A stretch of DNA of 64,000 bases from Candidatus Poribacteria bacterium. GTDB lineage: Bacteria; Poribacteria; WGA-4E; WGA-3G. Shown piece by piece: positions 35,703-45,381 of this stretch. The translations under genes were made by a program, and so were the position numbers. A model generated the notes under the pieces. It was not told the origin of the DNA, did no database searches, and saw only the letters and a program-made list of their open reading frames with translations. Where the stretch lies: contig PYJA01000138.1 of assembly GCA_003635185.1 (NCBI GenBank), forward strand, positions 43,820-107,819. The letters are read 5' to 3'. Each line of letters begins with the position of its first letter. Within the stretch, counting starts at the first letter, position 1.

Positions 35703-36593
35703 ATGTTGAAAAAATTTTGTGCTGTCCTGATATTTTTGTTCGTCTGTAGTTTTAGTGCAACCCTACTTGGAAATGAGACAGCGAAAAAGTATTTTCCCAG
35801 CACGCTTGGAAGTTTTTGGGTTTATGAAGATCAGGATGGCAATGAGTTGACGCGTAAGGCGGTTCAAGGTGAAGAGATTGCAGGTGAAATGTATCATGCT
35901 TTTGAATATGAACCGGCATTTGAAGAAAATTGGGAGAAGTATGAGTATTACGTTCATCCCACGCTTTTTAAGGTAAAGGATACAGGAATTAAGTTCTTGA
36001 TTGGTGATGAGTTTAAGAAGGCTTACCAGAAACGCCTGGAAAAAGAGTTAAAAGATTCTATACAACAAACAGGAGGACCACCGGGATTTACGCCTAACTA
36101 CGATGTTAAGGTAGAAGTAGTAACACAAGAAAATTTCTTTTTGCTCCCTACCCCTTTCACCCTCAACGAAGAATGGGATTCAATGCGTCTAAAACCCACC
36201 GTCAAGATAACGATGAGTTTTGCAAACTCAGATGTTGATGTAGAGTTGGCAGGGATGTCGCAGCAAAGCACGATTTATTTCACTATTATGGAGACAGGTA
36301 TTGTCAGTAGCAAAGAAACCGTTGAGACACCTGCTGGCACGTTCAAAGACTGTTTGAAAGTTGAATACCGGACAAAAACTGTGATGCCGTCATTCGCTGG
36401 GGAAGGCGGTCCAAAGGCAGGTGAATCTGTTTCAACATTATGGTTAGCTCCCAACGTCGGCATTGTAAAATTTCACCAAGAAGCGGAGAAACCGACTCTC
36501 AGTGATTTCAATAATTCTGAAACCACGACACAAGTGAAGACACTTGAATTGAAGAAATATGAAATCAAAACTGATGCAGCGGAGGCTGAATGA
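35703..36593 (+). CDS. Secreted protein, same paralog family (member 5)
   Basis: Signal peptide [23 protein letters not shown]. Blocks [70 protein letters not shown]. Stop overlaps the hemB start (ATGA). Confidence 0.6.
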   Translation: MLKKFCAVLIFLFVCSFSATLLGNETAKKYFPSTLGSFWVYEDQDGNELTRKAVQGEEIAGEMYHAFEYEPAFEENWEKYEYYVHPTLFKVKDTGIKFLIGDEFKKAYQKRLEKELKDSIQQTGGPPGFTPNYDVKVEVVTQENFFLLPTPFTLNEEWDSMRLKPTVKITMSFANSDVDVELAGMSQQSTIYFTIMETGIVSSKETVETPAGTFKDCLKVEYRTKTVMPSFAGEGGPKAGESVSTLWLAPNVGIVKFHQEAEKPTLSDFNNSETTTQVKTLELKKYEIKTDAAEAE

Positions 36594-37567
36594 GCGTTTT
36601 TCCTATCTATCGTCCAAGACGACTACGCGCAAGTGAAAACCTACGGCGCCTCGTGCGAGAAACGAGTCTGTCTGTAGACGATCTCATCTATCCAATGTTT
36701 GTTGTCCACGGAGATGACACGGCAATAGAAATTTCTTCTATGCCAGGATGCTACCAATATTCTATTGATCGGCTCGTTAAAGCTGCGAAGGAGCTTGCAT
36801 CGCTTGGAATTCCTGGGACGATCTTGTTCGGAATTCCTGAAACGAAAGATGCACTTGGATCGGAAGCTTATGCAGAAGATGGCATCATTCAGCAGGCGGT
36901 ACGTGCCATTAAGGACGCAGTCTCCGACCTGCTTGTGATTACAGACGTTTGTCTGTGTGAATATACTGATCACGGACACTGCGGTATCATTGAAGGCGGA
37001 GATGTGCAGAACGATCCTACACTTGATTTGCTTGTTAAAGAGAGTGTATCGCACGCGCGGGCAGGCGCTGATGTTATTGCTCCATCGGATATGATGGATG
37101 GCCGTGTCGGCGCAATTCGCGATGCCTTAGACGAAGAAGGCTATGAAAATATACCTATAATGGCGTATTCGGCAAAATACGCTTCTGCTTTTTATGGTCC
37201 CTTTCGTGAAGCGGCAGAATCAGCACCGCAATTCGGTGATCGCCGTTCATATCAGATGGACCCAGCGAATGCAGAGGAAGCACTACGGGAAGTGGCGTTG
37301 GATATTGAGGAAGGCGCAGACATTGTAATGGTGAAACCAGCACTCTCATATCTTGACGTTATCCATCAAGTGAAGACAGAATTTCAGATGCCTGTTGCAG
37401 CCTACAACGTCAGTGGCGAATATGCTATGATAAAGGCAGCCGCACAGAATGAATGGATTGATGAAAAACGCGTAGCACTGGAGGTCTTAACAAGTATCAA
37501 ACGTGCTGGTGCAGATATGATTTTGACCTACTTCGCAAAGTCGGTCGTTGAATGGCTTGAAATTTGA
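36590..37567 (+). CDS. hemB: Porphobilinogen synthase (delta-aminolevulinic acid dehydratase)
   Basis: N-terminus [21 protein letters not shown] and active-site region with the Schiff-base lysine in VMVKPAL. Confidence 0.9.
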   Translation: MSVFPIYRPRRLRASENLRRLVRETSLSVDDLIYPMFVVHGDDTAIEISSMPGCYQYSIDRLVKAAKELASLGIPGTILFGIPETKDALGSEAYAEDGIIQQAVRAIKDAVSDLLVITDVCLCEYTDHGHCGIIEGGDVQNDPTLDLLVKESVSHARAGADVIAPSDMMDGRVGAIRDALDEEGYENIPIMAYSAKYASAFYGPFREAAESAPQFGDRRSYQMDPANAEEALREVALDIEEGADIVMVKPALSYLDVIHQVKTEFQMPVAAYNVSGEYAMIKAAAQNEWIDEKRVALEVLTSIKRAGADMILTYFAKSVVEWLEI

Positions 37568-37610
37568 GGTGCGGGTATATAGTAAAACCTATAATTAAGG
37601 GGACATTTCT

Positions 37611-37668
37611 GCAGCGTAAACTTCCAGTTTGCGTCAAATATGCACAAACTTCCAGTTTGATGCTCAAC
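37611..37668. repeat. REP-like hairpin pair, family G
   Basis: GTAAACTTCCAGTTTGC..CACAAACTTCCAGTTTGATGCTCAAC, about 45 nt after the hemB stop. Confidence 0.45.
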
Positions 37669-37819
37669 TTCTATTGTCCGTTATGTCTCCAAAACAGGTT
37701 TATCAAAGTGTTCCAATAATTTCAAGGTTTACTATGAGTAGGTTCGGTAATAAAACCGTTCCTACCGTTGATGTATTTACATATTTTAGATTTTACGAAA
37801 TTAGAATTGGAGGAACGAA

Positions 37820-39103
37820 TTGGAGAGTAGCAAATCTTTATCAGCGTGGCAAAAATCACAACAATTTATCCCTGGCGGTGTCAACAGTCCTGTCCGTAAT
37901 TTTAGCAAGGTTGGTGGACATCCCCGCTTTATTGATCGCGGTGAAGGGGCCAAGATTTACGACATAGACGGAAACAAGTATATCGATTATGTCGCTTCAT
38001 GGGGACCATTAGTTTTGGGGCATGCACATCCTGATGTGGTCGAAGCTGTCAGGACTGCAGCAGCGCGAGGCACAAGTTTCGGTGCTCCGACAACATTAGA
38101 GACAGAACTTGCAGAAACCATCGTCAATGCAGTGTCTTCCATTGAACAGGTCCGACTTGTCAACTCAGGCACGGAAGCGACAATGAGCGCGATTCGTGTC
38201 GCACGCGGTTATACTGGTCGCAATAAAATCATCAAGATAGACGGATGCTATCACGGACATGTAGACTATCTATTGGCGAAAGCGGGTTCAGGCGTTGCAA
38301 CTTTCGGTCTTTCGGATAGCGGTGGCGTGCCAGAGGATTTCGCACGGAATACGCTCACTATTCCTTTTAACGATCCTGAGGCATTGACAACAACAATTGA
38401 GGCTAACACGGACGAGATCGCCTGTCTCATACTGGAGCCTATTATGGGCAACATGGGGATTATCCCACCACGTGTGGGGTACCTCAATGAACTTCGTGAG
38501 ATTACTGAACAGCATGGGATCGTGCTTATCTTTGATGAGGTAATTACCGGTTTTAGAGTCGCTTATGGTGGCGCACAGTCATATTATAACGTTACACCAG
38601 ATATGACATGTTTAGGGAAGATAATCGGTGGTGGTTTGCCTGTCGGTGCTTACGGCGGAAAACGGGAGATTATGCAGTGTGTTGCCCCAGAAGGTGATGT
38701 GTATCAGGCAGGCACATTATCTGGTAATCCGTTGGCTGTCACTGCAGGTATAACGACTTTGAAAAAATTGGCGGAACCAGAGGTTTATGAGCAACTTGAA
38801 AACCGCGCATCTACTCTGGCAGACGGAATAGCAGAAGCAACCCAAAAACATGGAATTGATACATGGCATAGCCGCGTCGGTTCAATGCTGATGCTATATT
38901 TTACAGCAGAGACTGTTACTGATGCAGATGGCGCACGAACAGCTGATATAGAACGTTATCGTCAGTACTTTTGGGGGCTCCTTGAACGTGGTGTATATGT
39001 CGCCCCTTCCCAATTTGAAGCCGGATTTGTATCCTTAGCACATTCCGAAGAGGATATCAATATGACCGTTCAAGCTGCAACTGAGATAATCGCAAATCTG
39101 TAA
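37820..39103 (+). CDS. hemL: Glutamate-1-semialdehyde 2,1-aminomutase
   Basis: N-terminus [13 protein letters not shown], class III aminotransferase PLP-lysine region (DEVITGFR). Probable TTG start at 37820 with GGAGG RBS; the ATG alternative is not in frame nearby. Confidence 0.9.
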   Translation: MESSKSLSAWQKSQQFIPGGVNSPVRNFSKVGGHPRFIDRGEGAKIYDIDGNKYIDYVASWGPLVLGHAHPDVVEAVRTAAARGTSFGAPTTLETELAETIVNAVSSIEQVRLVNSGTEATMSAIRVARGYTGRNKIIKIDGCYHGHVDYLLAKAGSGVATFGLSDSGGVPEDFARNTLTIPFNDPEALTTTIEANTDEIACLILEPIMGNMGIIPPRVGYLNELREITEQHGIVLIFDEVITGFRVAYGGAQSYYNVTPDMTCLGKIIGGGLPVGAYGGKREIMQCVAPEGDVYQAGTLSGNPLAVTAGITTLKKLAEPEVYEQLENRASTLADGIAEATQKHGIDTWHSRVGSMLMLYFTAETVTDADGARTADIERYRQYFWGLLERGVYVAPSQFEAGFVSLAHSEEDINMTVQAATEIIANL

Positions 39104-39110
39104 CAATAGC

Positions 39111-39230
39111 AGGACTTCGCATTCCCCCCTTGATAAGGGGGGTTAGGGGGGTTAAAAGGTGCTATTTCAGCGATCTAACCCCCTAAATCCCCCTTATCAG
39201 TGGGACTTTAAGAAAAATGCGTAAGTCCTG
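39111..39230. mobile_element. MITE-like element, family E copy (short, about 120 bp)
   Basis: GACTTCGCATTCCCCCTTGATAAGGGGGG...CCCCCTTATCAGTGGGACTTTAAG..GCGTAAGTCCTG. Confidence 0.55.
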
Positions 39231-39247
39231 AATAGTAAAGGAATTGA

Positions 39248-40228
39248 ATGTCAAGTTTTGATCAGATTGTAAATTTAATTGCTGACGATCTTAGTGCTGT
39301 AGAGGCGAAACTAACTGAAAATACAGCGAGCGAATATAGTTTTGTAGATATGGCGGTTCAGCATGTTGTAGAAGGAGGCGGTAAACGCCTGCGTCCTATC
39401 CTTGTTGTGCTATCTGCAAAAGCGCGTGGATACGAAGGTGCGGATGCACACACACTCGCAGCAGTTGTTGAACTCATCCATGTCGCATCCCTTGTGCATG
39501 ATGATGTGCTTGATGAAGCTGCAATCCGCCGTGGACGTGAAACATTACAGACAAAATGGGGCAATAAGGTGGCAGTACTTGTTGGAGATTACTTGCATGC
39601 CCGCGTTCTTTCAATGCTCGTTTCCCGCCGCGCAGATGACCCCGCAATGGCGATCCTTGCCGATACCACGCAGGCAATGTGTGAGGGAGAAGTCATCCAT
39701 GCCTATAAAAGTGGAGATTTTGATATATCAGAAGAGGAATACCTAAAGATAATTAGTTTTAAGACCGGTAAGTTGATTGCCGCCTCTTGCACGCTCGGTG
39801 CGATCCTCGGACCTCATGATACTCAGCAGATTGAGGCATTCACAACCTACGGCAAACAAATTGGAACTGCATTCCAAATTGTAGATGATCTGCTTGATTT
39901 CGTGGAAGACCCAGAAAAATTAGGAAAAAATGCTTTTGGTGACCTTCGTGAAGGGAAACTTACTTTTCCTATTATACATACCCGAAAAGTGTGTGATGAT
40001 AATGAGAAACAAACGCTTGAAAAAGTGCTAAATCCTGACACCGATGAAACCGAAGCTATTACCTTTGTTGAATCTTTATTCCAAAAATATGGTGTGGAAA
40101 TTCACTGTTTGGAAGTTGCACAGGGTTATGCCGACCGTGCTAAAACTGCGTTAACAAATATACCACAATCGGATGCGCGTACAGCCTTGCAAAACCTCGC
40201 TGATTACGTAGTTTCACGGGATTCATAG
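39248..40228 (+). CDS. Polyprenyl (trans-isoprenyl) diphosphate synthase, IspB-like long-chain
   Basis: First DDxxD (LVHDDVLDEAAIRRG) and second DDxxD (IVDDLLDF) aspartate-rich motifs. Confidence 0.85.
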   Translation: MSSFDQIVNLIADDLSAVEAKLTENTASEYSFVDMAVQHVVEGGGKRLRPILVVLSAKARGYEGADAHTLAAVVELIHVASLVHDDVLDEAAIRRGRETLQTKWGNKVAVLVGDYLHARVLSMLVSRRADDPAMAILADTTQAMCEGEVIHAYKSGDFDISEEEYLKIISFKTGKLIAASCTLGAILGPHDTQQIEAFTTYGKQIGTAFQIVDDLLDFVEDPEKLGKNAFGDLREGKLTFPIIHTRKVCDDNEKQTLEKVLNPDTDETEAITFVESLFQKYGVEIHCLEVAQGYADRAKTALTNIPQSDARTALQNLADYVVSRDS

Positions 40229-40233
40229 GCAAA

Positions 40234-41355
40234 ATGTTTTATCCAGCACATATAAATCTGCACAATAGAAAATGCCTTGTTGTAGGCGGCGGCACTGTTG
40301 CTGAACGTAAAGTTGTCTCTATGCTCATCAGCGGTGGAGATGTAACTGTGATTAGTCCAGACGCAACCGAATTAGTTATATTCCTTGCTGAGATCGGTAC
40401 AATACAATGGCATAAACGGCAGTTTAAGACAGGAGATACAAGCGGATATTTTCTTGTATGTGCCGCAACCGATTTTACAGATATAAACACCGCGGTATAT
40501 ACTGAAGCATACGAAAAAAACAACATTCGCTTAGTCAATGTCGTTGACGTTATCCCACAATGCACCTTTGCCGCTGCGTCTGTAGTAACAGATGGTGAAC
40601 TCATGATTAGTATCTCCACCAGTGGCATGAGTCCAGCGACAAGTCGACGCATCCGAGAACATTTGGAAGAGACGTTAAAGACATCATCTTTATATACGCT
40701 TGGATACGAAAATGGAAAACCTGTACCAATTGAAAATCAAGGGTTACCGTATCCAGTTTACCTGTTATTGAAAGATCGCAAGTGTGTTGTCTTATATGAG
40801 CAGGAAACATCGGAAATTGAACGTAGAGTCTCACTTTTACGTCAATGTGGCGCGATAGTGGTGCATAATCCTATGGACTTTGGTGATGCATTCCTTGTGA
40901 TTTCCGATACACCTATAAGTGATGTTTCTGATGGCTCCTTACAGGAGACCCTTGATAGACCAAACTCTGCAGACTTCTTTACACCGAATCTCGTTATAGA
41001 TGATAACCTTATCATCAGCATATCAGCAAAGGATAGTACAGATGTAAGCAAGATGGAACGTTTACATGAGAAACTCACGCATCAGTTTGAAAACAGCGGT
41101 TACGGTGCGTTTATTGACCTGCTTGGCAAGCGGCGTCCGGAAGTCCTCAAAACTTTTCCTACGTCCAAAATGCGCGGCGATTTTTTTGAGAAACTTATCG
41201 GACATGTCGTAGACAGTCCACAAACATGTTGTCTAAGTCTTACAAATCCTGTGTGTTCTGCCGAATGCCTTTTCAACTGGGTACGACACGGTAAAATTAA
41301 GGATGCAAACAACTTTATATCGGAATTTTTAAGCACACAGCAAGCAAAAATATAA
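40234..41355 (+). CDS. Precorrin-2 dehydrogenase/sirohydrochlorin ferrochelatase-like (SirC/Met8/CysG-N-type NAD-binding domain) with an extra C-terminal domain
   Basis: N-terminus INLHNRKCLVVGGGTVAERKVVSMLISGGDVTVISP is typical of the siroheme-synthase N-terminal domain. Remaining about 220 aa unassigned. Confidence 0.55.
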   Translation: MFYPAHINLHNRKCLVVGGGTVAERKVVSMLISGGDVTVISPDATELVIFLAEIGTIQWHKRQFKTGDTSGYFLVCAATDFTDINTAVYTEAYEKNNIRLVNVVDVIPQCTFAAASVVTDGELMISISTSGMSPATSRRIREHLEETLKTSSLYTLGYENGKPVPIENQGLPYPVYLLLKDRKCVVLYEQETSEIERRVSLLRQCGAIVVHNPMDFGDAFLVISDTPISDVSDGSLQETLDRPNSADFFTPNLVIDDNLIISISAKDSTDVSKMERLHEKLTHQFENSGYGAFIDLLGKRRPEVLKTFPTSKMRGDFFEKLIGHVVDSPQTCCLSLTNPVCSAECLFNWVRHGKIKDANNFISEFLSTQQAKI

Positions 41356-41358
41356 CAA

Positions 41359-42213
41359 ATGTCAACAGAACTCTTGCATTTTCTTTTTCTTGTAACGGTA
41401 TTAGTCTATTTAGCAGCCAGTATTTTTCAGGCACTCTACCTTGCAATAGGGGAACGATCTGAAACGCCGACCCTACGCCCACGGATCGCCTCAATCGCTT
41501 TCTGGGGAACGTGTCTTGGGTTTGTTTTACTCACACTTTTTATTGCACTCTGGTGGTCGCGTGAAGGGCATTTTCCGATGAAACACTGGACAGACTCTAC
41601 AGCTTTTTTTGCGTGGGCGATTACTTTAATCTATCTGATTGTAGTGCGAGTAACGCAGCTGCGGGCTATAGGGAGTTTAGTTATACCAGGGGCATTCATT
41701 ACAATCCTGATTTCATACAGTTTCTCCAGAAACACATCCGCATTACCCGAAAATTTAGAAACCTATTGGTTAGTGCCTCACATTACACTGATTTTTCTTG
41801 CCTATGCTGCGTTTTTTACTGCATTTGGGTTCGGATTGCTTTACTTGATGGCAGAGAAAAAGATCCGCCAAAAGACAAATATGCTCTTTCATAATCTTTT
41901 TCCATCTCTCGGAGCATCAGATGAACTCGGCTATAGATGTACAATACTCGGTGTAATTCTCCTGACAATCGGTATGATCGTCGGTGTACTGTTGACACAG
42001 TATATCAAGAATTTAACTTGGAGATGGCTTGATTCTCAGATCTTTTTCACTGTCGTGACATGGGTTATCTATGTTGTGCAAATTAGTATTCGTCAACTGT
42101 GGGGGTGGCGTGGTAGAAAAGCAGCATACTCGGAAATTGTCGGTTTCATTGCAGTACTCTGTACCTACATTGGCGTGAATCTTTTTTTAGACAGCACACA
42201 TACATTTCGGTAA
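41359..42213 (+). CDS. Cytochrome c assembly-family membrane protein (CcsA/ResC/HemX-like)
   Basis: 8-TM protein with Trp-rich loops (YWLVPH, LTWRWLDSQ, WGWRG). Position directly upstream of hemA mirrors B. subtilis hemAXCDBL hemX. Confidence 0.5.
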   Translation: MSTELLHFLFLVTVLVYLAASIFQALYLAIGERSETPTLRPRIASIAFWGTCLGFVLLTLFIALWWSREGHFPMKHWTDSTAFFAWAITLIYLIVVRVTQLRAIGSLVIPGAFITILISYSFSRNTSALPENLETYWLVPHITLIFLAYAAFFTAFGFGLLYLMAEKKIRQKTNMLFHNLFPSLGASDELGYRCTILGVILLTIGMIVGVLLTQYIKNLTWRWLDSQIFFTVVTWVIYVVQISIRQLWGWRGRKAAYSEIVGFIAVLCTYIGVNLFLDSTHTFR

Positions 42214-42332
42214 TATGAGATAGTTGCACAAAGATGTGACAAGTGCAAAATTTGACATACTATCCTCAATTGTGATATAATTTACTAACTATCGGACATT
42301 CGCAAGTATTCAGTATCCGACGAGCAAGTATC

Positions 42333-43634
42333 ATGAATCAGATTGTATCTATTGGAACAAGCCATCACGTTGCCCCTGTTGAATTCAGAGAAAAGCTGGC
42401 TTTTTCCGAAGAACAACTCATAGAATCCCTCCATCATCTGCGCGAATCACATAAGGTTGATGAGGCAGTAATCCTCTCTACCTGTAACCGTGTAGAGGTT
42501 TATGGGGTTGCTCATTCCCAGCGAACAACCGAATCCCCTTTTAAAGTTCTACTTGACTTTTTGTCCAACTACCATCGAATTAGTGTAGATACTCTCAAAA
42601 AGTGGAGTTATCGTCATCATAATCTTGATGCCATTCAACATCTTTTTCGGGTTACATCCAGTCTTGATTCAATGGTTGTAGGTGAATCTCAGATTTTGGG
42701 TCAAGTTAAAGATGCGTTTGACTTTTCACGTTCGGCAGGTGGTGCTGGGGCAATTCTAAACCGCCTTTTCGCGAAGGCATTCAGTGTTGGTAAACGTATA
42801 CGTTCAGAAACCACTATTGCTGCAGGAGCTGTGTCGATCAGCTATGCAGCGGTAGAACTTGCCAAAAAGATTTTCAATACTTTAGAAGACAAAACTGTAG
42901 CGATTATTGGGGCGGGTGAGATGAGCGAACTCACAGCGAAACATCTCGTCGCTAATGGTGTTTCAAAAGTAATCGTTGCGAACCGTACTTATGAACGTGC
43001 TGTCAAGATTGCCGAGAAGTTTAAAGGCATCCCTATTGCTTATGAGGAAAACCTTAACTTCCTCATTGATGCGGATATTGTCATCAGTTCCACAGACGCA
43101 CCCCATTATCTCATTGAACGTAAACCGCTTGCTGAGATTATGAGAAAGCGGAAGCATCGATATATGTTTCTCATTGACATCGCTGTTCCACGCGATATTG
43201 AACCGGATGTCAGTAAAATAAACCATGCTTTTCTCTATAACATAGACGATTTAGAAGCTGTTGTCGCTTCAAACCTCAAAGAACGCCAACAGGAAGCGGT
43301 TCGCGCTGAGCAGATTGTCTCCGAAGAGGCAAAACGGTTTCATGATCAATTGCAAATCCTTGAAGTTAATCCCACCATTAAAGCGCTACATCAGCAGTTT
43401 CAGCAGATAGCCGAATGTGAACTCAAAGCCTGCTTGGGTAAGACTACATTGTCGGACACACAAGAAGATGCTGTTGCATCTATGACACAAGCAATCGTTA
43501 AAAAACTTTTACACCACCCGGTAGAAAATTTGCGCCACGCTGTTAACGATGGCAATGCTGATCATGGGCAATATGTTCATGCCCTCCAAGAACTGTTCGC
43601 TTTGGACAATAATGACGATAAGGATCAGGCATGA
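42333..43634 (+). CDS. hemA: Glutamyl-tRNA reductase
   Basis: N-terminus IGTSHHVAPVEFREKLAF, active-site LSTCNRVEVY, NAD-binding GAGEMSEL. Confidence 0.9.
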   Translation: MNQIVSIGTSHHVAPVEFREKLAFSEEQLIESLHHLRESHKVDEAVILSTCNRVEVYGVAHSQRTTESPFKVLLDFLSNYHRISVDTLKKWSYRHHNLDAIQHLFRVTSSLDSMVVGESQILGQVKDAFDFSRSAGGAGAILNRLFAKAFSVGKRIRSETTIAAGAVSISYAAVELAKKIFNTLEDKTVAIIGAGEMSELTAKHLVANGVSKVIVANRTYERAVKIAEKFKGIPIAYEENLNFLIDADIVISSTDAPHYLIERKPLAEIMRKRKHRYMFLIDIAVPRDIEPDVSKINHAFLYNIDDLEAVVASNLKERQQEAVRAEQIVSEEAKRFHDQLQILEVNPTIKALHQQFQQIAECELKACLGKTTLSDTQEDAVASMTQAIVKKLLHHPVENLRHAVNDGNADHGQYVHALQELFALDNNDDKDQA

Positions 43635-44557
43635 ACCGCTCAGTTACAATCGGCACGCGTGGCAGCGAACTTGCGCTATGGCAAGCATCCTTTGTAAAAC
43701 AGCAATTAGCACACCATTTCCCCGATATTGAAGTTAATCTCAAAATCATCAAAACCACTGGCGACACTATCCAAAATCGTTCTTTGGTGGGATTAGGCAA
43801 GGGCGTTTTTACCAAAGAGATAGAAATCGCGCTGTTAAACGGTGATATAGACCTTGCTGTTCATAGCCTCAAAGACCTCCCAACAGAATTACCTGAAGGA
43901 CTTTGTATAGTCGCAATCCCAACACGGGAGGATCCGCGCGATGTACTCATTACATCCACAGGGTTCCCCTTAGAAGATTTGCTGCATGGTGCGAAAATTG
44001 GCACTACAAGCCCACGACGGAAGGCACAACTCCTCCATCTACGCCCAGATTTGCAAGTTGTTGATGTCCGAGGCAATGTTGATACTCGGATCCGTAAACT
44101 TGAGGAAACCGATCTTGATGGGATTATTCTCGCGGCGGCGGGGATTAAACGCCTCCTGAAAGAAGAAGTTATCACGCAATTTTTTGAAATAGAGCAGATG
44201 GTGCCAGCAGTTGGACAGGGGGCATTGGCAATCGAAGCGCGTGAAGGAGATACGAACATTGAAAACCTACTTGTTCCTTTGAATGACTTTACGACAGTTG
44301 CCGAAATTACCGCTGAAAGAACTGTATTGGAAAGCCTTGGTGGCGGATGTCAAGTGCCGATAGGCGCGTATGCTGAACACATTGAGGGTGAACTCTCACT
44401 TATTGGAACTGTGTGTCATCCTGAAGGGAGAGTCCGTATTGTAGAAAGCGCAGCGGGAATGTTAGACGATGCCCAACACTTAGGAAAAATTGTCGCTAAA
44501 AAATTGCGTAACAGCGGTGCAAATGAACTGTTGAAAGCACTGTCAGATGTGGAATGA
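43631..44557 (+). CDS. hemC: Hydroxymethylbilane synthase (porphobilinogen deaminase)
   Basis: N-terminus IGTRGSELALWQAS, AVHSLKDLPT motif and cofactor-binding Cys region GGGCQVPIGAYA. ATGA overlap with hemA. Confidence 0.9.
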   Translation: MNRSVTIGTRGSELALWQASFVKQQLAHHFPDIEVNLKIIKTTGDTIQNRSLVGLGKGVFTKEIEIALLNGDIDLAVHSLKDLPTELPEGLCIVAIPTREDPRDVLITSTGFPLEDLLHGAKIGTTSPRRKAQLLHLRPDLQVVDVRGNVDTRIRKLEETDLDGIILAAAGIKRLLKEEVITQFFEIEQMVPAVGQGALAIEAREGDTNIENLLVPLNDFTTVAEITAERTVLESLGGGCQVPIGAYAEHIEGELSLIGTVCHPEGRVRIVESAAGMLDDAQHLGKIVAKKLRNSGANELLKALSDVE

Positions 44558-45069
44558 ATTTATCTATAGACGTTAGTAAACCTCTTCAAAAGCCTATCCT
44601 TGTTGAGGAACCTGTTGAAGAAACTCAATTAAGTGATGCAATGCAGCAGCCTGAACAACCCGAAGCTGAAGTAGTTCCCCCTGAACAACCTGAAACCGAA
44701 AAAGACCCTATTCTTGCTAAATGGGAAGAAAAAATAGTACAAGATGACGGAACTATATTTGTTAAGGCATTGAATAGTCTTAGCGTATCTTCTGATGGAC
44801 GTATAACTTTAACTATATCAGGCACACTATCAGCAAAATGCCTCACTTTCAACAGCACAAATCTTAAAACTCACGGTTCTATATGGATACGTATAGAACC
44901 GAATTCTGGCGATCTGGTGCTATTGAAAGAAACTGATGTCACCGATAAAATTTGTGGACTGGCAATTCCAGACGATGCATTACCAGGCATCTACAGATTA
45001 CTCGTAGATATGACAATAGACGGTGTTCGAGATGTATGGATCTCTCGTAATGGTTTGCAAGTAGATTAA
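44554..45069 (+). CDS. Hypothetical protein (P/E-rich N-terminus)
   Basis: 171-aa ORF translationally coupled to hemC. Does not resemble HemD. Confidence 0.35.
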   Translation: MNLSIDVSKPLQKPILVEEPVEETQLSDAMQQPEQPEAEVVPPEQPETEKDPILAKWEEKIVQDDGTIFVKALNSLSVSSDGRITLTISGTLSAKCLTFNSTNLKTHGSIWIRIEPNSGDLVLLKETDVTDKICGLAIPDDALPGIYRLLVDMTIDGVRDVWISRNGLQVD

Positions 45070-45133
45070 ACACCCTTGGCTCATGTCAAGAATATGTGCA
45101 AATTAAAATTTAACCTCTACGGTTATTGGCTTC

Positions 45134-45294
45134 ATGAGAGGGGTGGCACATACTTTTTACATGAGCCAACGCCCTTTAACTATGTCTCAAATAAAAAACC
45201 GCGCCATCTTTGAAGGCAATAACCGCCCAATCCTACATGGCATAGACCTGATATACCTTGATCCGCCGTTCAACTCCAATCGCAAATATAATCA
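45134..45294 (+). pseudogene. Fragment of a second beta-class DNA methyltransferase (motif IV region IDLIYLDPPFNSN), truncated by insertion of a family-E mini-palindrome
   Basis: Reading frame carries YLDPPFNS and then runs into the 54-bp palindrome at 45295-45348 and a stop. No downstream motif I. Compare the intact paralog at 9821-10693. Confidence 0.5.
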
Positions 45295-45348
45295 GGATGG
45301 ACGCATTCCCCCTTATCAAGGGGACTTTAAGAGGAAATGCGTCCATCC
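45295..45348. mobile_element. Family-E mini-palindrome (GGATGGACGCATTCCCCCTTATCAAGGGGACTTTAAGAGGAAATGCGTCCATCC)
   Basis: Perfect 54-bp hairpin made of the family-E TIR sequences. Confidence 0.5.
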
Positions 45349-45381
45349 TATCTGACTTGAATTCGTAGCGGTTAATGTCTG

